DNA from: Macrostomum lignano
Lineage: Eukaryota
Assembly (NCBI GenBank): GCA_002269645.1
Contig: NIVC01004363.1
Span: forward strand, 1 to 48,462
Length of the DNA stretch: 48,462 nt
Direction: 5' to 3'
The notes under the pieces are model-generated. The model saw only the letters and a list, made by a program, of their open reading frames with translations. It did no database searches and was not told where the DNA came from. Each line of letters opens with the position of its first letter. Positions within the stretch are counted from its first letter, which is position 1. Positions 42,778 through 48,462 of the stretch are shown here, in pieces. Position numbers and translations under genes: made by a program.

Positions 42778-45700
42778 GAGTGTCTTTCTGTCTGTCTGTC
42801 TGTATATCTGTCGGTCTGTCTCTGTCTGTCGGTCTGTCTGTCTGTCTGAGTGTCTTTCTGTCTGTCTGTCTGTATATCTGTCGGTCTGTCTCTGTCTGTC
42901 TGTCTGTCTGTCTGTCTGAGTGTCTTTCTGTCTGTCTGTCTGTATATCTGTCGGTCTGTCTCTGTCTGTCGGTCTGTCGGTCTGTCTTAGTGTCTGCCTG
43001 TCTCTGTCTGTCCATCATAGTGTCCGCCTGTCTGCCCTTAAAACTTCCGTATTTTGACTGCGACAGCATTTATGAGTGGTTAAAATTAGTCAAAATTTCA
43101 ACACACAAGAACAGAAATGATGAATAATAAAACAAAGGTCACCAAAAATGTGTACGGGACGGATGGAGTCAATCAGATGCAGCAGGTGCGGGGATCTGAC
43201 GGGCCATAAACAAACAATAATTATCGTCAATCATAACTTAATTATAATTAATTATAATGCTTGAAGTCTAGCTTAAAATAAATATCACTCAGTATAGAAA
43301 TCAATGTATTGAAATTTGAAAACTGAAATATCTGCATGCATTCCTGATCGGTAAAAACTATTCAACAGGTAGCGGGACAAAGCTAAAAGCTAATGGCGTA
43401 ATGCCCGGAAATAAAACTCAACTCCTCCACCAAATTAAAAAACGCCGCAAGCACTCACAAAGGTTCGCTCCATCTGCAAAATATTTCGAAATTCCAATCA
43501 GCTTTACGCGTGATATGCAGTCTGATTAGCAAGTTTATATACACTTTGGCATTCTTGAAGTGTGGTTACAATTTGCATTCTGCTCTGAACCGATCGGCAG
43601 ATGCACTTGGCAGTGCTATGAGACCATTTTGGTAAATAAATTATAGAAATTGTGAGCAACAAAATTATGATTTTTCATCAGGTGCGGTCTGCACTGCAGA
43701 TGGAAAATTTATTAACAGAAACTCTGCATCGAAACTATGATTGACATCTTGCGGATTTCGTTGATTTGGTCTGATAATCCAGCATCCTTCATCATTCAAT
43801 CCGCAACAGAATCTTTCATCATTCAGTCTGCCCCAGCATCCTTCATCATTCAGTCTGCCCCAGCATCCTTCATCATTCAATCTGTCGCAGCATCCTTCAT
43901 CATTTAATCTGCCCCAGCATCCTTCATCATTCATCTGCTACAGCATCCTTCATCACTCAATCTGCGCCAGAATCCTTCATCATTCAGTCTGCCCCAGCAT
44001 CCTTCATCATTCAATCTGCTACAGCATCCTTCATCATTTAATCTGCTACAGCATCCTTCATCACTCAATCTGCGCCAGAATCCTTCATCATTCAGTCTGC
44101 CCCAGCATCCTTCATCATTCAATCTGCTACAGCATCCTTCATCATTTAATCTGCTACAGCATCCTTCATCATTCATCTGCTACAGCATCCTTCATCACTC
44201 AATCTGCGCCAGCATCCTTCATCATTCAATCTGCTACAGCATCCTTCATCATTTAATCTGCTATAGCATCCTTCATCATTCATCTGCTACAGCATCCTTC
44301 ATCACTCAATCTGCGCCAGCATCCTTCATCATGGCCGGACATTGCGTTCTAAGGCCGCATAAAGGATTACAAGGTGCAGTGCGACACTACACAGGAGCGC
44401 TGTCTGATGGTGCAAGTTTGCCAAATTTTAAATTCACAACTTCGTACATTGAGATTTCAAACTGAAAAAAAAATAAATTAACAAAAAAGCTAACGCAAAC
44501 CTTTGGCTTGTCCATTATTGTGTCCAGACAATTTTTAACAAAGAACACATCTTGGGCGTGCATTCAATTATGCAATTGCAGGGCAGGTCAGTGTGAATGT
44601 GAAAGAAGATTTTCTGCATAATGACAAAAGCAAATAATGTTAAATATTAATTGCATTTACTTGTTAACTACAGTTTAGGGAAAAACTAGAGAATTTCCGC
44701 AGTGGGAAAAGGACTCAGTGAGTAGATGAAGAGGACTCAGTGAGGGATGAAAAGGACTCAGTGAGTGGATGAAGGGGCCTCAGTGAGTGTGATGAAGGTG
44801 ACTCAGTGGGGATGAAGGTGACTCAGTGAGTGAATGAAGGTGACTCAGTGGGATGAAGGTGACTCAGTGAGTTGATGAAGGTGACTCAGTGAGTTGATGA
44901 AGGTGACTCAGTGAGTGTGATGAAGGTGACTCTGTGGGGGATGAAGGTGACTCAGTGAGTGGATGAAGGTGACTCAGTGAGTGGATGAGGTAATTCAGTG
45001 AGTTGATGAAGGTGACTCAGTGAGTTGATGAAGGTTACTCAGTGAGTTGATGAAGGTGACTCAGTGAGTGGATGAGGTAATTCAGTGAGTTGATGAAGGT
45101 GACTCAGTGAGTTGATGAAGGTTACTCAGTGAGTTGATGAAGGTGACTCAGTGAGTTGATGAAGGTGACTCAGTGAGTGGATGAGGTAACTCAGTGAGTG
45201 GTGACAGGGGCTCATAGACTGGAGCTTCATGGAAAGGAAGCAGACTGAAGACAGTCTTCTCTAACTGCATTCTATTTAATTCGCCAGAAAACCAAACAAG
45301 GTAAGAACAACACACAGTGAGCAGGCAGTGACGACAGCAAATCTACTTAGCGGTTAAAGCGACAAACTGAAGGGTAAGGCAAACATTTGAAAGGAATTAA
45401 ACTAGCTTAAGGACACAATCTAGCTAGAATAAGTGAAAACAAATAGCACTACAAATCTAGTGTTAAAAAGTTTCAAGAGTCAAGAGTCGGTGCTAACAAA
45501 TAATTATTCTCACCTGAGACTCCGCCTCAGTGGGAGTCTGATGGGACAAAACCATAAAATTATCGAGAGATAAAATAATAGTCGGGAAGTCAATAACCAT
45601 ATCTGGATTATTTCAAATGCAAACAATAAAGCAAGAGTTCTGAACTCACGTATTTAGCGGCCTGGTCCTGCCACACCACCAGCCTATTGCTGACCTCGTG

Positions 45701-47693
45701 CAGGCTGAGCATGGACTCAAGAAAGTACAAATTGTTGATGCGGCCGCTGGCATTCAGCAGGTGAAACAGGATTTCCGTCTCGTCTCTTGATTGAAGGGAC
45801 GCGAGGGCTTGGATTGAAATCTCAAATCTTAATTATGATCACGTGACCTAAATCTGAATCCCACAGTCCTTCAGAAACTGAATCCCACAGTCCCGAATCT
45901 GAATCCCACAGTCCAGAATCTGAATCCCATAGTCCCGAATCTGAGTCCCACAATCTCGAACCTGAATCCCCTAGTCCCGAAGCTGAATCCCCTAGTCCCG
46001 AATCTGAGTCCCACAATCTCGAATCTGAATCCCCTAGTCTTCTCGAATCTGAATCCCCTAGTCCCGAATTTGAATCCCAGAGTTCCGAATCTGAATCCCA
46101 CAGTCCCGAATCTGAATCCCACAGTCCAGAATCTGAATCCCATAGTCCCGAATCTGAGTCCCACAATCTCGAACCTGAATCCCCTAGTCTTCTCGAATCT
46201 GAATCCCCTAGTCCTGAATCTTAATCCCATAGTCCCGAATCTGAATCCCAGAGTTCCGAATCTGAATCCCACAGTCCCGAATCTGAATATCATAGTTCCG
46301 AATGTAGATCCCACAGTCCCCGATATAGATCCCACAGTCCCGGGTGCAGATCCCAAGTTTCATACTCTTAACCCCACAATACTAGCAAAAAACATAAGCA
46401 ATTAAAAATATCCTCCACGGGGGGATCTCGCACACTCACTCAAAACAGGTGGAAATTCCCGCCAGCTTGGGGTGGTGAAATTTCCCCCGATACCGCTGCA
46501 TCAGGCATTCGACATCGCGTATAACAAAGTCGCGCGATTTCAATTGCAGCTGGTGTGGCGCCTGCTGGGCGGCTTGCGATTGCTGCTGCTGGTTCGGCGC
46601 CAAGGACTGCGAAGCCAGAGCTGCGTAGACGTCCATGAGATCCAAGCGGGCCTGAACGAACTCCACAAGTTGGTCGCTGACGTGGCTGACCAGCTTGGCC
46701 GAGGAGGCCCGAGAGACTCGCTGCAGCTCGGCGGACAGGCACCGGTAGGACTCGCGAAGGTTCTCCTTGCGAACGGTGAAGATCGGCGCCCGGGACTGCA
46801 GGTAGGAGAGGCTGTAGTAGGACTTTTCGTGTGAGCACAGCTCCGAGCAGGCGTTAAGGAAGGCGCGCCAGTTCGGCGACAGCACGGATTTGTTCTGGTC
46901 CAGCTCTTTGTCCTGCGGGTCAGTGAGTTAGTGAGTGAGTGAGTGAGTGAGTGAGTGAGTGAGTGAAGGGGGCCGTAGCCCAGCGGTAGCGCAGCTGCTC
47001 TGGTGTGCCAGCGACCCAGGCTCGATTCCAAGTGCAGTCACATTAATTTGGGGCTGAATTGGAATCTCGGCTTGGCTCTGCTCGTGCAATTAACGGCCTC
47101 GAGAGCCAACCCCCCAAGGCACAGTGAAGTGTACATGCCTAACGATAAAATAAAGTTAGGGCCGCTGTACACTCCTGTGTGAGTGTGTGCCTGCGTACGT
47201 ATCCGCGCGCTTGTATGCCTGCTCAGGGGAGTCGGCGGAATGGGCAGTAATGCCTCTCGCCGGTTGTGTGCCTATGTCGCTTAAAGTGCGACAGGGTGCA
47301 CACAACCCCTCTGCCTCTAAAAAAAGAGTGAGTCAGTCAGTCAGTCGGTGAGTCAGTCAGTGAGCCAGTGAGTCAGACAGTCAGTCAGTGAGTTGGTGCA
47401 TTTTTTTATGCATTTCTATTAAGTCTACATCTACATATCTACAGTCTCTTCATCCCACAACAATGTCCATCCTAGGCTAATTTAGCTTTGCTACATGTAA
47501 ATGGGGGTTTTATGCCAACTTGAGGCTTTAGACTATAGCAAAGAACAGGTATCCCTGGTCACCTGAGCCAGGCTGCTGGACTTACAATGATCTCCTTTGC
47601 TTTGTCAAAATGAAGAAATCGCAATGCTTCACTGAAAGAGTCCAAACTGGACCTTTCCACAAACTTTAAGTTGCCAGAGCCAAATTCTGCCAG
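40629..47693 (-). CDS. KICS2: KICSTOR subunit 2 (C12orf66) orthologue; complement join(47693-47586,46912-46440,45785-45650,42021-41566,40892-40629), ~478 aa, start codon unresolved
   Basis: Colinear similarity to human C12orf66 as I recall its sequence: [18 protein letters not shown] (LETFFSHLGIFSYDKAKD), [11 protein letters not shown] (AEKVYHSLTYL), [18 protein letters not shown] (LSHLSEQLCFFVQARMEI), KFHHPKL (RFHHPIL), YLGHGYYLP (FQGHGYHHP), [10 protein letters not shown] (FYDDKVQSTY). Phases 0,2,0,0 are consistent. An alternative in-frame acceptor exists at 42048. Confidence 0.9.
41035..41495. repeat. 21-bp minisatellite AAAGTTATCCCAACTCAATTC in KICS2 intron 4
   Basis: Direct reading. Confidence 0.94.
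42105..43005. repeat. 32-bp minisatellite TTAGTGTCTGTCTGCCTGTCTTAGTGTCCGCC merging into (TCTG)n, KICS2 intron 3
   Basis: Direct reading. Confidence 0.94.
43780..44330. repeat. 27-bp minisatellite CAGCATCCTTCATCATTCAATCTGCTA, KICS2 intron 3
   Basis: Direct reading. Confidence 0.94.
44712..45200. repeat. ~22-bp minisatellite GATGAAGGTGACTCAGTGAGTT, KICS2 intron 3
   Basis: Direct reading. Confidence 0.93.
45850..46340. repeat. 21-bp minisatellite GAATCTGAATCCCACAGTCCC, KICS2 intron 2
   Basis: Direct reading. Confidence 0.94.
46924..46966. repeat. (GTGA)n at the acceptor end of KICS2 intron 1
   Basis: Direct reading. Confidence 0.9.
47327..47392. repeat. (AGTC)n-like microsatellite in KICS2 intron 1
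   Basis: Direct reading. Confidence 0.85.
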
Positions 47694-48462
47694 TAAGAAA
47701 ATTTAATGCAATGGTTAATTGGCATGTATTGCAAGTTTGGGATTTCTTCTAGTAGGCTTTATGCAAGCAAGATTACTAAAGGAAGCTAAAAACAAAAAGG
47801 TATAAGGCTAGTTGTATAGGTAATCAAAGCTCTACTAATTTTTTTATTATCTAAGCTTTTGTTTTTAACTAAATAACAAACTACATAATTTTTGCATGTC
47901 AAATGTTTGACATTATTACCTAGGCTATAGTAAGGAACTCTAATGTCATAAAAATGATAATAATTTTAAAGTAAGCTTTTGGTACCTAGTGCCTTAATGG
48001 CTTTTTAAACATTAAAAAAACATTTAATTTCTAAATAATATTGATTTTTTCTAGACTACATTATTAAAAATTATTTTTTTAATTTTCAAGTTCATAGTTT
48101 ATTTATTAATTTAAAAATTCCAAATAGGTTAAGCTTAAGTTAGTTACTTATAATAATTAAATAGGTCTTTATAGACAAGCTTTTTATTGTCTATAAACAA
48201 TTAATTGGCTTTAAGTAGAGGGGAAATCCAAAAATCGGGGGCAAGTTTTATGAAAATTCGTTTTTTGGCAATTTGAAAGCAATAAAGCTATAAAATAAAT
48301 TTATTCAAGTTTTTAAAAAAGTAAAAAAGTCTATTAAAGCACAAATTATTTTCGTATAGCTTTATTTTTAATAAAAATGATTTGTTAAAATGGTAAGTTT
48401 AATTACGACCTAAAATGAGTCTAATGAAAATGATTGAAAAGCTATAATAATGTATTTTATTA

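Noticed and set aside
46913-47031. MESSLGRW... as the KICS2 N-terminus
   Set aside because: It starts at TTG, is out of frame with exon 2 and runs through a microsatellite. The 47693-47586 exon matches FDKAK far better.
48168-48197. 11-bp-stem hairpin TTTATAGACAA..TTGTCTATAAA
   Set aside because: Isolated, in ~78% AT sequence where such stems are plausible by chance.

Overview
Intron-rich animal genomic DNA, not prokaryotic. The abundance of intronic minisatellites, GACA/GATA microsatellites and RTE/mariner relics resembles the flatworm Macrostomum, but that identity is my inference. Four spliced genes can be rebuilt by hand with consistent GT-AG sites and phases. Two are tandem DxD (GT32, SUR1/OCH1-like) glycosyltransferases on the + strand (6061-8596, 12896-14897). 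One is a 12-exon, ~1034-aa mGluR-like class C GPCR on the - strand (35052-17159). One is a KICS2/C12orf66 orthologue on the - strand (47693-40629). Mobile DNA comprises an RNase-H LINE with an inverted 3' half, two RTE-type LINEs, two mariners and a probable tRNA-derived SINE, alongside about 27 tandem arrays. Best leads: (1) a mariner relic whose nine premature stops all fit C>T at CpA/CpG, a RIP-like signature in an animal-type genome; (2) an mGluR-like receptor lacking both residues that bind the glutamate gamma-carboxylate; (3) a KICS2 first exon with no in-frame ATG; (4) a 228-bp gene-conversion tract over the catalytic core of otherwise divergent GT paralogues; (5) introns filled with arrays of splice-signal mimics and inverted GACA/TGTC pairs. 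All counts are manual and no database searches were run.
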